NCBI GenBank assembly: GCA_020341755.1
Contig: CP070834.1
Coordinates: 1,749,141-1,813,140 of the forward strand
DNA: 64,000 nt
Direction: 5' to 3'
Source of the DNA: a candidate division WOR-3 bacterium
Lineage (GTDB): Bacteria > Hydrothermota > Tepidihabitantia > SM23-42
A model generated the notes under the pieces. It was given only the letters and a program-made list of their open reading frames with translations. It ran no database searches and was not told where the DNA came from. The translations under genes were made by a program, and so were the position numbers. Of the stretch, positions 50,478 through 60,986 are shown in pieces (position 1 is the stretch's first letter; each line of letters starts with the position of its first letter).

Positions 50478-51701
50478 ATGAGACCAAATCATCCCAAATC
50501 CTGGTCCATAGTATATGCCGGTTTTGTGGTCATCGTGATGCTGGTAACCGTTTGGTCTGTCGGTCTTGATCGTCCATGCTATCACGATGAGTGTCATTTC
50601 GTCGAAACAGTCGAGTTGTTCGTTCGGGATATGGGACTGTCGACGTTCCAAACGTATAATGAGATGTCAACACCCCTGCCCTTTATACTGTACGCGCTCT
50701 GGGGCAGGATTTTTGGTTTTCATTTGCACGTACTCCGTCTGTTCTCACTGCTCGTCGCAGTGATAACCTATGCGCTATTATACCGATTGCTGAACGAGGT
50801 AATCGGCAGCAAGAGCATTGTGTTCGCGAGTGCTGCTTTTATGATTCTGAATCCCTATATGATAGGTCTGAGCATTTTTGTGTATACGGATATGCTCACG
50901 CTTCTCTTTGTCATCATGTCATGCTTCGCACTACTCCATAGGAAACCGGTTCTGTTGTTCGTTTCGCTTGCCGGAGCGCTTCTCTGCCGCCAGTTCACGC
51001 TCTTTTTGATCGTTGCGATGTTCATTTTTTTTATGCTTGTTCTTTCCAGAAAAAGGGACAGGAGCGTTCTCGCTATGATAGCTGCCTGCGCAGGTGCCAT
51101 TGTACCATACGCCGCGCTCATTGTATTGTGGCGAGGCTTGATCCCGGACAATGCGGTGCGGACCGTGTATCTGGATGCAGGACTCTCCTATAATCCCAGT
51201 CATCTCATCTTGTACATGGCCATGTTCTGTGTGTATCTGTTGCCTTTTGTAATAGTGAACTGGCGGCTGTACCGGGAGCTGCGGGTGTTGGTCGCGAGTT
51301 TCGTTCTCGCCTGGGGCTACTGGCTTTTCCCTGTCTCCGCCTCACCGTATACGGTTATGATAGATAGACACACTACCGGCTTTTTCCATCGTGCTTTGAA
51401 GAACATGCTAATCAACGATTTGCTGGTGCATACCGTCTATTTCCTGCTTTTCATGGCGGCGCTCCCGATCATATGGTGTATCGTACGTGACCTTTACTGG
51501 AGAATACACCGTAACAATATCGATCTATGCCTATTTCTCGATCTGTCTATCATATGTTACCTCATCATCATGCCCTTTGCCTACATGGCGTGGGAGAAAT
51601 ATTTCCTTTTGATACTGCCATTTGGTATTCTGCGTTTCCTTCTCATGGCATTCCCGGCTGGTTCACGAGCCTCACAAACTGCGCAAGGAGGCTGTGCTTG
51701 A
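50478..51701 (+). CDS. polytopic membrane protein, possible GT-C-type glycosyltransferase
   Basis: The 407-aa ORF has roughly 11 TM helices. The first extracytoplasmic loop contains an HDECHF (DE-type) motif. Confidence 0.3.
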   Translation: MRPNHPKSWSIVYAGFVVIVMLVTVWSVGLDRPCYHDECHFVETVELFVRDMGLSTFQTYNEMSTPLPFILYALWGRIFGFHLHVLRLFSLLVAVITYALLYRLLNEVIGSKSIVFASAAFMILNPYMIGLSIFVYTDMLTLLFVIMSCFALLHRKPVLLFVSLAGALLCRQFTLFLIVAMFIFFMLVLSRKRDRSVLAMIAACAGAIVPYAALIVLWRGLIPDNAVRTVYLDAGLSYNPSHLILYMAMFCVYLLPFVIVNWRLYRELRVLVASFVLAWGYWLFPVSASPYTVMIDRHTTGFFHRALKNMLINDLLVHTVYFLLFMAALPIIWCIVRDLYWRIHRNNIDLCLFLDLSIICYLIIMPFAYMAWEKYFLLILPFGILRFLLMAFPAGSRASQTAQGGCA

Positions 51702-51734
51702 CGTGGACCCTATGAGCACTATAATACACATGCC

Positions 51735-53780
51735 GTGAAAGTCGATATATCGATCGTAATCGTCAACTATAATGTCAAGGCATTCCTCGAACAATGCCTG
51801 ATGGCGATACAGCGAGCAGTGCGGGATTTCACGGTGGAGATATTCGTTGTCGACAATGCGTCGGTAGACGGAAGCCAAGCCATGGTCAAGAAGAAATTCC
51901 CCCACGTCCGTTTGATCGAGAACCGCAAGAATGTCGGATTTTCCAAAGCGAACAATCTTGCCTTACGTCAGATCCGGGGTCGACATGTACTACTGCTCAA
52001 TCCCGATACCCTGATTCAGGAGGATACCCTGACGGTCCTGAGAGCGTATCTCGATGCGCATGCCGATGTCGGAGCAGCGGGAGTGAAACTCATCAATCCC
52101 GATGGCAGTTTTCAGATCGGGAGCAGGCGCGGTCTACCTACACCGTGGGTCGCGTTCTCACGCATCATCGGGTTGAGCAGGGTGTTCCCGAAGAGCCGAA
52201 TATTCGGACGGTACAACATGACGTACCTCGATCCAGATACGGAGGCTGACGTTGATGTGCTGACGGGGTCCTTGATGTATGTACGCAGAGAAGTGCTCGA
52301 AGAGATCGGCTATTTTGACGAAGATTACTTCATGTACGGAGAGGATGTCGATCTCTGTTACCGGATCAAACAGGCTGGCTCGCGTATTGTATACATACCG
52401 AAAACTCAGGCAATACATTACAAGGGCGAAAGTACGAAAAAGGGCGAGATGTCCTTCGTGACGCATTTCTACAACGCGATGCTCATATTTTCGCGCAAGC
52501 ACTTCAACAACCGGTATTCATTGTTCCTCCGCCTGCTCTTAACTATTGGTATCTTCAGTCGGGCGGCGGTTTCCTATCTGTGGCGGATGTTGAAGTATAT
52601 CGCGGCACCCGGGTTGGACCTTGCTGTTATTGTCCTTTCGATTTATGTCGCAATCATTCTATGGCTGCCCGGAATCGCGCTGGAACGTTTTCGGGTGGTC
52701 CTGCCCATATACACCTTTATCTGGCTGGTATGCCTCTATTTTGCCGGAGCATATCACAAGAAACGACGCTATCGGCTGAAGCCGATACTCGGCAGCAGCA
52801 TTACCGGATTATTGATCAATTCGACATTCACATATTTTTTCAAGCAGTTTGCCTATTCACGGGTCGTCGTGCTCATATCCTTCGTCCTCATCACGCTGAG
52901 CCTCAGTCTCTGGCGTTTCCTGTATCGGTTCATCGGCCCCATGGCAAAAAAAGGACCGCTCGCCAGGGTCAGACGGGCAGTTATCATCGGAGCTGGCAAA
53001 GAAGGTAAACGCATACTGAAGAAACTGCAGAAGCGTCCTGACATGCAATACGAGGTGTGTGGTTTTGTCGATTTCGATGAAAAGAGTATCGGCAAGGCGG
53101 TCGACGGCGCTGAAGTCCTGGCTTCCATCGATAATATACGGGAAGTGATCCGTGTGGAAAAGATCAATGATGTTATCTTCTCGTCTGACAGGCTTACCAA
53201 TGCTCAGATTCTGGAGACGATCGTGCGCGCGCAGGCGAGTGGTGTGAATTTCAGAATAGTACCGCACGAACTCGAATACATCGTTGCGAAATCATCCGTC
53301 GATGATATAGAGGGTATACCGCTACTCGATATTGCTGGAGTTGCCGACCCGCTCGATCTTATGTTCAAGCGCATATTCGATATTTTTATTTCCGCAGTCG
53401 TCGTCGTGTTGACCTCACCGCTCCTGCTCGTTAATGTGCTGGCAGGCGGTAGGCTGAAGAAGAGGCTGATAATCGGACAGGGGGGCAAACCCGTCCAGAT
53501 GAGTATCTTCGATGGCGGTATTACGTTATTCAGACATATACCGCTGTATTTTTCGATCTTCACCGGCACATTGAGCCTGGTCGGGTCAGAGATCCAGGAG
53601 TATACTACGAACGAAGAACATGCAACATACAAACCCGGTTTGACCGGTCTGGTCCAGTTGAAATCCCGGGAAAAGCAAAAGGCACTCACCCGTGAAGAAA
53701 AGGATTACTATAATCTGTATTATGTAAAAAACCAGTCACTGATTACCGATCTCCAGATCTTCTTGAGATCACTATGGTAA
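51735..53780 (+). CDS. fusion protein: N-terminal GT2 glycosyltransferase, TM region, CoA-binding-like domain and C-terminal polyprenyl-glycosylphosphotransferase (Bac_transf)-like domain
   Basis: The 681-aa ORF has an N-terminal ISIVIVNYN...VVDNASVDGS...LLLNPDT GT2 signature. The C-terminal VIIGAGKEGKRI...FKRIFDIFISAVVVVLTSPLL...LSLVG...KPGLTGLVQL has WbaP/PglC-type motifs. The DE dyad region appears substituted. Confidence 0.55.
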   Translation: MKVDISIVIVNYNVKAFLEQCLMAIQRAVRDFTVEIFVVDNASVDGSQAMVKKKFPHVRLIENRKNVGFSKANNLALRQIRGRHVLLLNPDTLIQEDTLTVLRAYLDAHADVGAAGVKLINPDGSFQIGSRRGLPTPWVAFSRIIGLSRVFPKSRIFGRYNMTYLDPDTEADVDVLTGSLMYVRREVLEEIGYFDEDYFMYGEDVDLCYRIKQAGSRIVYIPKTQAIHYKGESTKKGEMSFVTHFYNAMLIFSRKHFNNRYSLFLRLLLTIGIFSRAAVSYLWRMLKYIAAPGLDLAVIVLSIYVAIILWLPGIALERFRVVLPIYTFIWLVCLYFAGAYHKKRRYRLKPILGSSITGLLINSTFTYFFKQFAYSRVVVLISFVLITLSLSLWRFLYRFIGPMAKKGPLARVRRAVIIGAGKEGKRILKKLQKRPDMQYEVCGFVDFDEKSIGKAVDGAEVLASIDNIREVIRVEKINDVIFSSDRLTNAQILETIVRAQASGVNFRIVPHELEYIVAKSSVDDIEGIPLLDIAGVADPLDLMFKRIFDIFISAVVVVLTSPLLLVNVLAGGRLKKRLIIGQGGKPVQMSIFDGGITLFRHIPLYFSIFTGTLSLVGSEIQEYTTNEEHATYKPGLTGLVQLKSREKQKALTREEKDYYNLYYVKNQSLITDLQIFLRSLW

Positions 53781-53814
53781 CCGGCCATGGGTCAAATCCA
53801 TTTACCATTATTTA

Positions 53815-55776
53815 TTAAAAGGTTTCCAGCGGGTCGACATCGATCTCCAGGGCACAGCCTTTAGCCCTGTGTGAGAGCAAAAATCTGAGCCGGCTATGCC
53901 GGTATGTCCTTGCCACTTTCAGCAAGATGAATACGCGGTGGTATTTCCTGACCCGGTAGTATAATGACCGGTTCGGTCCGAAGATCTGCACGCCGGACAG
54001 GGGTCTGAGTTTGGCGGCGATCGAACGAGCCTCGCGCCAAACCGAGTCTTCATTAGTTCCCTTGATACGGAGGAGTATCAACCTGGAGAAGGGGGGGAAG
54101 CGCAGTTCCCTGCGCACCGGTACTTCTTCTGCATAGAATTTTGGATAATCCTGCAGCTGGCTGCACATGATCGCATACTGGTCAGGGTGATAGGTTTGTA
54201 TGAGTACAGTACCCGGTCTTTCACCGCGTCCCGAACGTCCGGCGACCTGGGTGATGAGCTGAAAGGTCCGTTCGCTGCTCCTGAAATCCGGGAGATGGAG
54301 CATGAGATCAGCATTGACTACACCAACGAGTGTCACACCCGGGAAGTGGAATCCTTTTGTCACAAGCTGGGTGCCGAGCAGTACGCAGGCTTCACCTTGT
54401 TGGAAAGCGGAGAGTACGGTTTCTGTTCTCCCTTTTTTCCTGGCAATATCGCGGTCGAGGCGCACGACCGCTGCCGTGGGATTGACTCGCTGGACGATGC
54501 GTGTGGCGATCTCCTCGATCCGCTGGGTTCCGGCACCACGGTACAGGAGTGTCGTCCGTGAACACTGGGGGCATATCGATATTTTTTCGCGTTTGTACTT
54601 ACAGATGTGGCACGAAAGACTTGCCCGTCTTTTCTGTTCCGGTTTGTGATAGACCAACGGCAGGCCACAATACGGACATTTGGCGACAAAACCGCAGGAT
54701 GGGCACATGAGGTGCGGTGCGAATCCTCGGCGGTTCAAAAACAGTATCACCTGTTCGTTTCTTTCGACCACCTCCTGGATCGAACGCTCCAAGCGGGGGG
54801 ATAGGTACCCCTTTTCTTTTCTCAGGTCGATCATCTGGATGCCCGGTAGTGCCTTAGCGTCGATACGCTGGTCAAGCGTATGGAGGCGGTATTTACCGGC
54901 CATTGCATTGTGATACGACTCGATCTGCGGTGTCGCACTTCCGAGCACGGCAACGATGTTCTCCAGCCGCGCGCGCATCACGGCGACATCCCGGGCATGG
55001 TAGCGCGGTGCCCGTTCGTGTTCTTTGTACGAGTGATCATGTTCTTCATCGACGATTACCAGTTCCAGTCCGGGGACCGGAATGAAGACAGCCGAGCGGG
55101 GTCCGATAATGACATCGTATTCACCGCGTTTGATCGCATACCAGACGTTTCTGCGCTGCGTTTGGTTGAGCGATGAGTGTATGGTGATAACCCTTCCTGA
55201 GAACCTCTCCTTGAATCGGTCGAAAAGGAGTGGGGTCATAGATATTTCAGGGACGAGTACGAGCACCCGACCTCCCCGTGCCAGGACATTATCCGTGCAC
55301 TGGAGATACACCTCGGTCTTTCCGCTCCCGGTTATGCCGTACAGAAGAAAAGTCCCATATGTTCGCTGCTTCAGTGCTGCCTGGATGTCCTGTATCGCGG
55401 CTGCCTGAGCAGGGTTGGGGATCAGGGGTTCTCGCACCACGAGCGGTTCGGCACGCTGCAGGGTAGGTTCATGTCGCCTGAGTATTTTCTGGGGGATGGC
55501 AAGCCGGAGTACTTCACCCATGTGCGCAAGATAGTAATCGGCGATCCACGAATACAACTGGATGAGCGGCGAAGGAAGGAATTGATGCTCGATAATATCG
55601 TGGATTTTCTTGATATGCTTCACCTTGCGTGAAGAATATGTTCGTATGACGATCCCGTATTTTTCCGCATCGCGAAGCGGGACCTGGACGAGATCGCCGA
55701 CGCCTACCGTATCCGGTGCATCGTATGTAAGCATATCGAATCTTGTCTTCGGGATTGCGACGTCAATCTTCACCAT
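53815..55776 (-). CDS. priA: primosomal protein N' (replication restart helicase)
   Basis: The 653-aa ORF has Walker A LLYGITGSGKTEVY, a DEEH box VIVDEEHD and zinc-binding CPSCG...CPYCG...CHIC...CPQC. Confidence 0.85.
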   Translation of the reverse strand: MVKIDVAIPKTRFDMLTYDAPDTVGVGDLVQVPLRDAEKYGIVIRTYSSRKVKHIKKIHDIIEHQFLPSPLIQLYSWIADYYLAHMGEVLRLAIPQKILRRHEPTLQRAEPLVVREPLIPNPAQAAAIQDIQAALKQRTYGTFLLYGITGSGKTEVYLQCTDNVLARGGRVLVLVPEISMTPLLFDRFKERFSGRVITIHSSLNQTQRRNVWYAIKRGEYDVIIGPRSAVFIPVPGLELVIVDEEHDHSYKEHERAPRYHARDVAVMRARLENIVAVLGSATPQIESYHNAMAGKYRLHTLDQRIDAKALPGIQMIDLRKEKGYLSPRLERSIQEVVERNEQVILFLNRRGFAPHLMCPSCGFVAKCPYCGLPLVYHKPEQKRRASLSCHICKYKREKISICPQCSRTTLLYRGAGTQRIEEIATRIVQRVNPTAAVVRLDRDIARKKGRTETVLSAFQQGEACVLLGTQLVTKGFHFPGVTLVGVVNADLMLHLPDFRSSERTFQLITQVAGRSGRGERPGTVLIQTYHPDQYAIMCSQLQDYPKFYAEEVPVRRELRFPPFSRLILLRIKGTNEDSVWREARSIAAKLRPLSGVQIFGPNRSLYYRVRKYHRVFILLKVARTYRHSRLRFLLSHRAKGCALEIDVDPLETF

Positions 55777-55861
55777 GCAATTATAGTAACGAGATAATGA
55801 AAGTCAATGAAACCGCCGCCGTGCTCCCGGAAATAATGGCACAGCAGGGTGACAAGAAATG

Positions 55862-57061
55862 TTATTTGGAAACTACCTTCAAGAATTTATGTTTGCCGGC
55901 TCTGACGATGACCGGTTTCGTGAGCCTTACGACATGATTGATATCGGATACACAGACACCATCTATATCAATGGCACCTTCCCGGATTTTTCTCTTTGCT
56001 TCACCGCGTGACTTCATGAGACCGGTGACGACGAGCAGGTCGACGACAGAGAGCTCGGCTGCATCGATCATGTGTGTTTTTATGTCCATGGGCATTTGTT
56101 TCTTCGTGAATACTTTCTCGAAATCAGCTGCTGCTCGTTCGGCACTTGAGGGCGAATGGTACAGTCGGACAATCGCCTTGGCGAGTTCGAATTTAATATC
56201 CCTGGGATTGACCGTACCTGCTTCCAGAGCACTACGGTACTCTTCAATCGTATGTGCGTACAGGTCGGTCGTCAGCTCGAAATATTTTATGATCAGGTTG
56301 TCTGGTATCGACATGATCTTCCCAAACATAGCCCCAGCCGGTTCTGTAATGCCGATGTAATTTCCGTAACTCTTGCTCATTTTACGCACGCCATCGGTTC
56401 CTTCTAGAATGGGAAGCATCATCACGACCTGAGGTTCCATCTTGAATTCGCGCATCAATTCCCGGCCTACGAGCAAGTTGAATTTTTGATCGGTCCCGCC
56501 AAGTTCTACATCTGCTTCCACGGAAACCGAATCGTAGCCCTGACACAAAGGGTACATGATCTCGTGCATGTACACCGGTTGCCCTGCTTTCATACGCTGG
56601 TCGAAATCATCACGTTCCAGGATGCGGGCGACCGTGTATTTTGCCGCGAGTTCGATGAAGTCATACATTGTGAGAGCGCCAAGCCATGTACTGTTGTAGG
56701 TGAAGGTGGTTTTGTCTTTGTCGAGAATCATGAAGATCTGCTTTTTGTATTGTTCCATGTTTTTTTCGACCTGTTCTTTCGTCAATTTCGGTCGTGTTTT
56801 AGAGACACCGGAGGGATCACCGATCATGCCGGTGAAATCACCGACGATGATGACCGCTGTATGACCGAGCTCCTGGAACTGGCGGAGTTTACGCAGCACG
56901 ACACTGAAACCGAGGTGGATCTCGGGTCCTGACGGGTCTATCCCGAGTTTAATGCGCAGTTGTTTCTTTTTTTTGAGTTTTTTGAGCAGTTCTTCTTCGG
57001 ATATGATCTCAGCAGTCATGCTCTTGATTATTTCCATCTGTTTTTTCGGATCCAGTGCCAT
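55862..57061 (-). CDS. tyrS: tyrosine--tRNA ligase
   Basis: The 399-aa ORF has the HIGH-type motif PEIHLGF and KMSKS, with a C-terminal S4-like domain. Confidence 0.85.
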   Translation of the reverse strand: MALDPKKQMEIIKSMTAEIISEEELLKKLKKKKQLRIKLGIDPSGPEIHLGFSVVLRKLRQFQELGHTAVIIVGDFTGMIGDPSGVSKTRPKLTKEQVEKNMEQYKKQIFMILDKDKTTFTYNSTWLGALTMYDFIELAAKYTVARILERDDFDQRMKAGQPVYMHEIMYPLCQGYDSVSVEADVELGGTDQKFNLLVGRELMREFKMEPQVVMMLPILEGTDGVRKMSKSYGNYIGITEPAGAMFGKIMSIPDNLIIKYFELTTDLYAHTIEEYRSALEAGTVNPRDIKFELAKAIVRLYHSPSSAERAAADFEKVFTKKQMPMDIKTHMIDAAELSVVDLLVVTGLMKSRGEAKRKIREGAIDIDGVCVSDINHVVRLTKPVIVRAGKHKFLKVVSK

Positions 57062-57153
57062 CTATCGATTCCTCCTTCTGGTGCCGTGGTTAGGCAAAGG
57101 TATGTTGTTTATTATAACAAAAAATAGGTATGACGTCAATCATAGAACCTGTC

Positions 57154-57870
57154 CTATATGCGCCCTCTCAGTATTGAGTTCACTACATAACGCTGCGCGA
57201 TCACAAGATATCTATGCATCATATCCTGATACCCGCTGGGCAGGGGTGCACGAAAGGTTTCTTCTCGAGCATGTTCCGGTACGTATGTCTGCAGAGCCCA
57301 TTTTCCAGCGCCCTGTATTGCTTTGCCGATGGCATGTATCCCGTCTGTATCAATTATGCCGGGCACGCACGTGGTCCTGAATTCGTACTCGACTGTGCCC
57401 GTCATGAGCAGATCGATGGATTCCCGTACGGTATCGATCGGTGCGGACATACCGGCTGCGAGGGCATAACGCTCATCGAGTGGCGCCTTGATATCCATGG
57501 CGACGTAGTCGACGAGCTCTTGCATGATAAGGGATCTCAACGCATCGGGAAGGGTACCGTTCGTATCGCACTTCACCAGCATACCGAGATGTTTAATGCG
57601 CTGGCAGAGGGTGATGGTCTCGGACAGACAGACGAGTGGTTCGCCACCGGTGAGCACGATACCATCGAGCCACGTTTCCTTGTCCGCGATGATGCGTTCG
57701 ATGGAATTCCAGGGGATGATATCGTGTGCCCCGGGGTCACTGAGTAACCGCCAGTTCTGGCAGTACGGGCAATTGAGATTGCACGTATCGCAAAATAGGA
57801 CCATCGTGATCTTACCATCCCAGTCAATGAGTGATGTCTCTATTAATGCCCGTATCATCACGTCGCTCAA
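57154..57870 (-). CDS. radical SAM activase (NrdG/PflA-like glycyl-radical-enzyme activating family)
   Basis: The 238-aa ORF has ETSLIDWDGKITMVLFCDTCNLNCPYCQNW (CxxxCxxC after the DxxGxxxxxF context) as in class III RNR activases. No nrdD is adjacent. Confidence 0.55.
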   Translation of the reverse strand: MSDVMIRALIETSLIDWDGKITMVLFCDTCNLNCPYCQNWRLLSDPGAHDIIPWNSIERIIADKETWLDGIVLTGGEPLVCLSETITLCQRIKHLGMLVKCDTNGTLPDALRSLIMQELVDYVAMDIKAPLDERYALAAGMSAPIDTVRESIDLLMTGTVEYEFRTTCVPGIIDTDGIHAIGKAIQGAGKWALQTYVPEHAREETFRAPLPSGYQDMMHRYLVIAQRYVVNSILRGRI

Positions 57871-57888
57871 TAGAAAAGATGTGTTACG

Positions 57889-58365
57889 CTATGTGAGATA
57901 CTCATCGACCTCCTTTTTGAGGATTTCCACGAGTACCGGGATCTTTTCTTTGACCGGTTGTGTACACTCTTCGGTGAACGATTCGTTGTCCGCTATTTCG
58001 ATGGTAAACAGCTCGATCTGGTGAGGCATATCATAGCCGAACCGGGCGCCCATTTTCAGAGCAGTGAGGAAACTGATCCCATGACTGAGGGAAACGGACG
58101 ATGGTACATCGCTCGAATCGACGGTCGTCCGGAAAATATCCCCGGGCGTTCCTTCTGCCGTCTTTATGGAATCGACGATGATGATCCTCTCGTATCCGAG
58201 AATCTCATCGAGCATGGTGAGGCCATCGATACTTCCGGACCGTATCGTCACGCGGGGATCGCTGAGGATATTCTTCAGCTGCTCGGCGATTTTAATACCA
58301 ACCGCATCATCGCACCGATACGGATTGCCGAGTCCATAGATGATGATCTTTTGTTTCGCATTCAT
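57889..58365 (-). CDS. hydrogenase maturation endopeptidase (HycI/HyaD family)
   Basis: The 158-aa ORF starts IIIYGLGNPYRCDDAVGIKIAEQL, matching the GxGN...DDGxG metal site. Confidence 0.75.
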   Translation of the reverse strand: MNAKQKIIIYGLGNPYRCDDAVGIKIAEQLKNILSDPRVTIRSGSIDGLTMLDEILGYERIIIVDSIKTAEGTPGDIFRTTVDSSDVPSSVSLSHGISFLTALKMGARFGYDMPHQIELFTIEIADNESFTEECTQPVKEKIPVLVEILKKEVDEYLT

Positions 58366-58444
58366 GGTTCAACGTACATACACAGAGAGGCACCTGGTTG
58401 CGGGTGCCTCTCATATTTTTTCGTTCGTTCTCTGAGAGAACGTA

Positions 58445-59908
58445 CTACGTGTTCCTGACGGAAGTTATCAGTTTTCGGTCGGCATCCAGTATATCTATCT
58501 GAAGGGGTACACGTCCGTCAACGGTGTGGGTAGCGCATGCAAAACACGGGTCATAGGCACGGAATGCCATTTCGACCATGTTGAGCAAGCCGTCATCTAC
58601 CTTACCGCCTTTGATCAGACCTCGTGCCGCCTTTTCGATCGACATATTAATGGCTGCTGAGTTGTTCACGGTGGCAACGATCAGGTTTGCTCTATGCAGC
58701 CGTCCATTTTCATCGGTCTCATAATGGTGGAAGAGGGTACCACGCGGCGCTTCGATGACGCCGATACCTTCTTTGGGAACCTGGAAATCCATGTTGCGCA
58801 CGTTCGGGTCGAGGATTTCGGGATCGTTGATGAGCTGGACCATTGCTTCTGCTGCCTGAAGTGCCTCGATGAGCCGTGCCCAGTGCGTTGCGAGCGTGTG
58901 GTGTACGGGTTTGCCGCCAAGGGTTTCATAGAATCTTTCGTACTGCTGTTGGGCAAGTGGGGTTGCCATACCGTCTGACGCATTGAGCCGGCCGAGCGGC
59001 GCTACCCGGTACACACCGCTGTCCTTACCATCGACGAAGCCCTTCCAGCCGACATTTTTCAGGTAAGGGAACTTAATGTACGTCCACGACTCGACACCTT
59101 CTGCAATGTGATTCAGATACTCATGAACCTTGAACTTGGCGAATTCCTTTCCATCCGGATCGACTACGCGTATCCAGCCATCGTAGAAATTGACCTTGTT
59201 GTTGTCATCAACCAGTCCCATGTAATAGGTGTTGTGGGTGTATATCCCTCCGACGATAAGATCGACATATGCTTTGTTTTTCAGGACGATATCCTCGAAC
59301 ACCTGCAGGCTGAACTTGGCGAACTCGACAGAATCTTCGGCAGTCTTCTTGAACTCGGCGTGCATCTCTTTGGGCATTGCCTTGCTGACGCCACCGGGCA
59401 GGCAGTGAACCGGATGGACCACCCTGCCACCCATTGTCTGGATGATGTTCCGTGCGCGTTTACGGATGTCTATGACCTTTTTGCCGATCTCGACGCCGAC
59501 CTTACCGATGACCCCGACAACATTACGCTGTGCCTTTGGTGCATCCGGACCGACCACGAAGTCCGGACCGCCGAGGAAATAGAAATGGAGATTATGGTCC
59601 TCGAACATGAAGGTATTATAGATAAATTCCCGTATCTTTTGTGCGGCAGGCGGTGGTTTGACACCGTACAGATCATCGAGCGCCTTGCCGGAAACGGTAT
59701 GATGGGTCGTTGGACAAACACCGCAGATCGTTTCGGTTATACGTGGCATTTCTTCAGCAAGACGCCCTACGGCAAACCGTTCATAACCGCGGAGTTCGGG
59801 GATCTGGAGACAGGCATGCGCGACATCGCCTTTATCATCGAGGAATATTTCTATCTTGCCGTGACCCTCGAGGCGGGTAATAGGATCGATCTTTATTTCT
59901 TTGTACAT
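58445..59908 (-). CDS. mvhA: [NiFe] hydrogenase large subunit, F420-non-reducing (MvhA-like)
   Basis: The 487-aa ORF has the N-terminal RLEGH motif (ITRLEGHGKIEI) and the C-terminal DPCFACATH (DPCxxCxxH) Ni-Fe ligands. A roughly 20-aa extension follows, as removed by the maturation protease. Cys, not Sec, occupies the first position of DPCxxC. Confidence 0.85.
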   Translation of the reverse strand: MYKEIKIDPITRLEGHGKIEIFLDDKGDVAHACLQIPELRGYERFAVGRLAEEMPRITETICGVCPTTHHTVSGKALDDLYGVKPPPAAQKIREFIYNTFMFEDHNLHFYFLGGPDFVVGPDAPKAQRNVVGVIGKVGVEIGKKVIDIRKRARNIIQTMGGRVVHPVHCLPGGVSKAMPKEMHAEFKKTAEDSVEFAKFSLQVFEDIVLKNKAYVDLIVGGIYTHNTYYMGLVDDNNKVNFYDGWIRVVDPDGKEFAKFKVHEYLNHIAEGVESWTYIKFPYLKNVGWKGFVDGKDSGVYRVAPLGRLNASDGMATPLAQQQYERFYETLGGKPVHHTLATHWARLIEALQAAEAMVQLINDPEILDPNVRNMDFQVPKEGIGVIEAPRGTLFHHYETDENGRLHRANLIVATVNNSAAINMSIEKAARGLIKGGKVDDGLLNMVEMAFRAYDPCFACATHTVDGRVPLQIDILDADRKLITSVRNT

Positions 59909-59910
59909 GA

Positions 59911-60876
59911 TTAAACCCCCTGTTTCCTTTTCAGTATCGAACTCGGTAATGAGTACATGTAGAACAATCCGATCGGATCAATGACACTTTCTGCTATTTT
60001 TTCAATTTCCTTTTCATCGTCGACGTCGATGATCGATGCAAGGCTCGAGAGGAACTTCGCTCCCATGTCCTTGACCTCTTTGGTAGGGCCAAAACAACCA
60101 CGACACGGCATGTTGGCATTGATACACCGTTCGCCGCAGCCGCCTCTCGTTGCCGGTCCCAGACAGATGATGCCTTCGGCGAGAAAGCACTTTTCAGGAT
60201 CGGCGATCACATGTGATATTCTCTTAATATCCTTTATAGCAAGCGTATCGGGTTTTGATTTGTTCCGCTCGCAGGTCTCGCAGAGCGCTTTATCAACGGT
60301 CAATACAGAGCCTTTGGGGGGTAGTTTGCCTTCGAGTATGGCGGTCACGGCCTGCATGATCAGTTCGGGTGGAGGTGCGCAGCCCGGCAGGTAATAATCT
60401 ACCTCGATCGTCTGGTCCAAGGTCTTCACCGTATCGAAGAATTCCGGGAGAGTGAGTTTGCCGTATGGTGTATCGGTTGTTGTCTGCGGGTATATACCCT
60501 TGGGGTTCTGTGTTGAACGGGTAAGTTTGTACGCGGTTTCGAAGATCTCCTTCTTGTTCGCGATGTTGGCGAGACCGGGAATGCCCCCGAGGTGTGCGCA
60601 GGCACCAAATGGGATGACCAGCTGAGACTTTTTCCGCAGGAGTTTTACCATTTCTTCCTGTTCTTCGGTCCTGACGGCACCATTAATGAAACTGACTGCG
60701 ATGGATTTATCCTCCATCGCTTCGACATCGGCTCGTTTGAAGTCCATAGCAACCGGCCAGAGCCTGATGTCAACAGCATCAACAACTTTCAAAATATCTT
60801 CAGCGAGATCAACAACTGCTTCTTCGCATCCACCGCATGAGGCGCACCAGTAAAATGCGACTAATGGCTTTGCCAT
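59911..60876 (-). CDS. mvhG: [NiFe] hydrogenase small subunit (MvhG-like)
   Basis: The 321-aa ORF starts FYWCASCGGCEEA (proximal cluster CxxC...). Additional Cys clusters are CETCERN and CRGCFGP. Confidence 0.8.
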   Translation of the reverse strand: MAKPLVAFYWCASCGGCEEAVVDLAEDILKVVDAVDIRLWPVAMDFKRADVEAMEDKSIAVSFINGAVRTEEQEEMVKLLRKKSQLVIPFGACAHLGGIPGLANIANKKEIFETAYKLTRSTQNPKGIYPQTTTDTPYGKLTLPEFFDTVKTLDQTIEVDYYLPGCAPPPELIMQAVTAILEGKLPPKGSVLTVDKALCETCERNKSKPDTLAIKDIKRISHVIADPEKCFLAEGIICLGPATRGGCGERCINANMPCRGCFGPTKEVKDMGAKFLSSLASIIDVDDEKEIEKIAESVIDPIGLFYMYSLPSSILKRKQGV

Positions 60877-60986
60877 TTATTTCCTCCTTTCAAAGGAACC
60901 TATCAACCGTCGTCGAGAGATGACGGGCAGGAAATAATACGAACTGTTTATTTTTATGGGAACGTACATAGCAACGTGATACATCA

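Noticed and set aside
58445-59908. Possible [NiFeSe] hydrogenase (selenocysteine in the large subunit).
   Set aside because: The C-terminal motif is DPCFACATH with Cys encoded by TGC/TGT, not TGA.
60877-60986. A short CCGTC...GACGG hairpin in the hdrA-mvhG intergenic region, considered as a possible internal terminator or attenuator.
   Set aside because: The stem is 5 bp with no U-tract. The genes are almost certainly co-transcribed.
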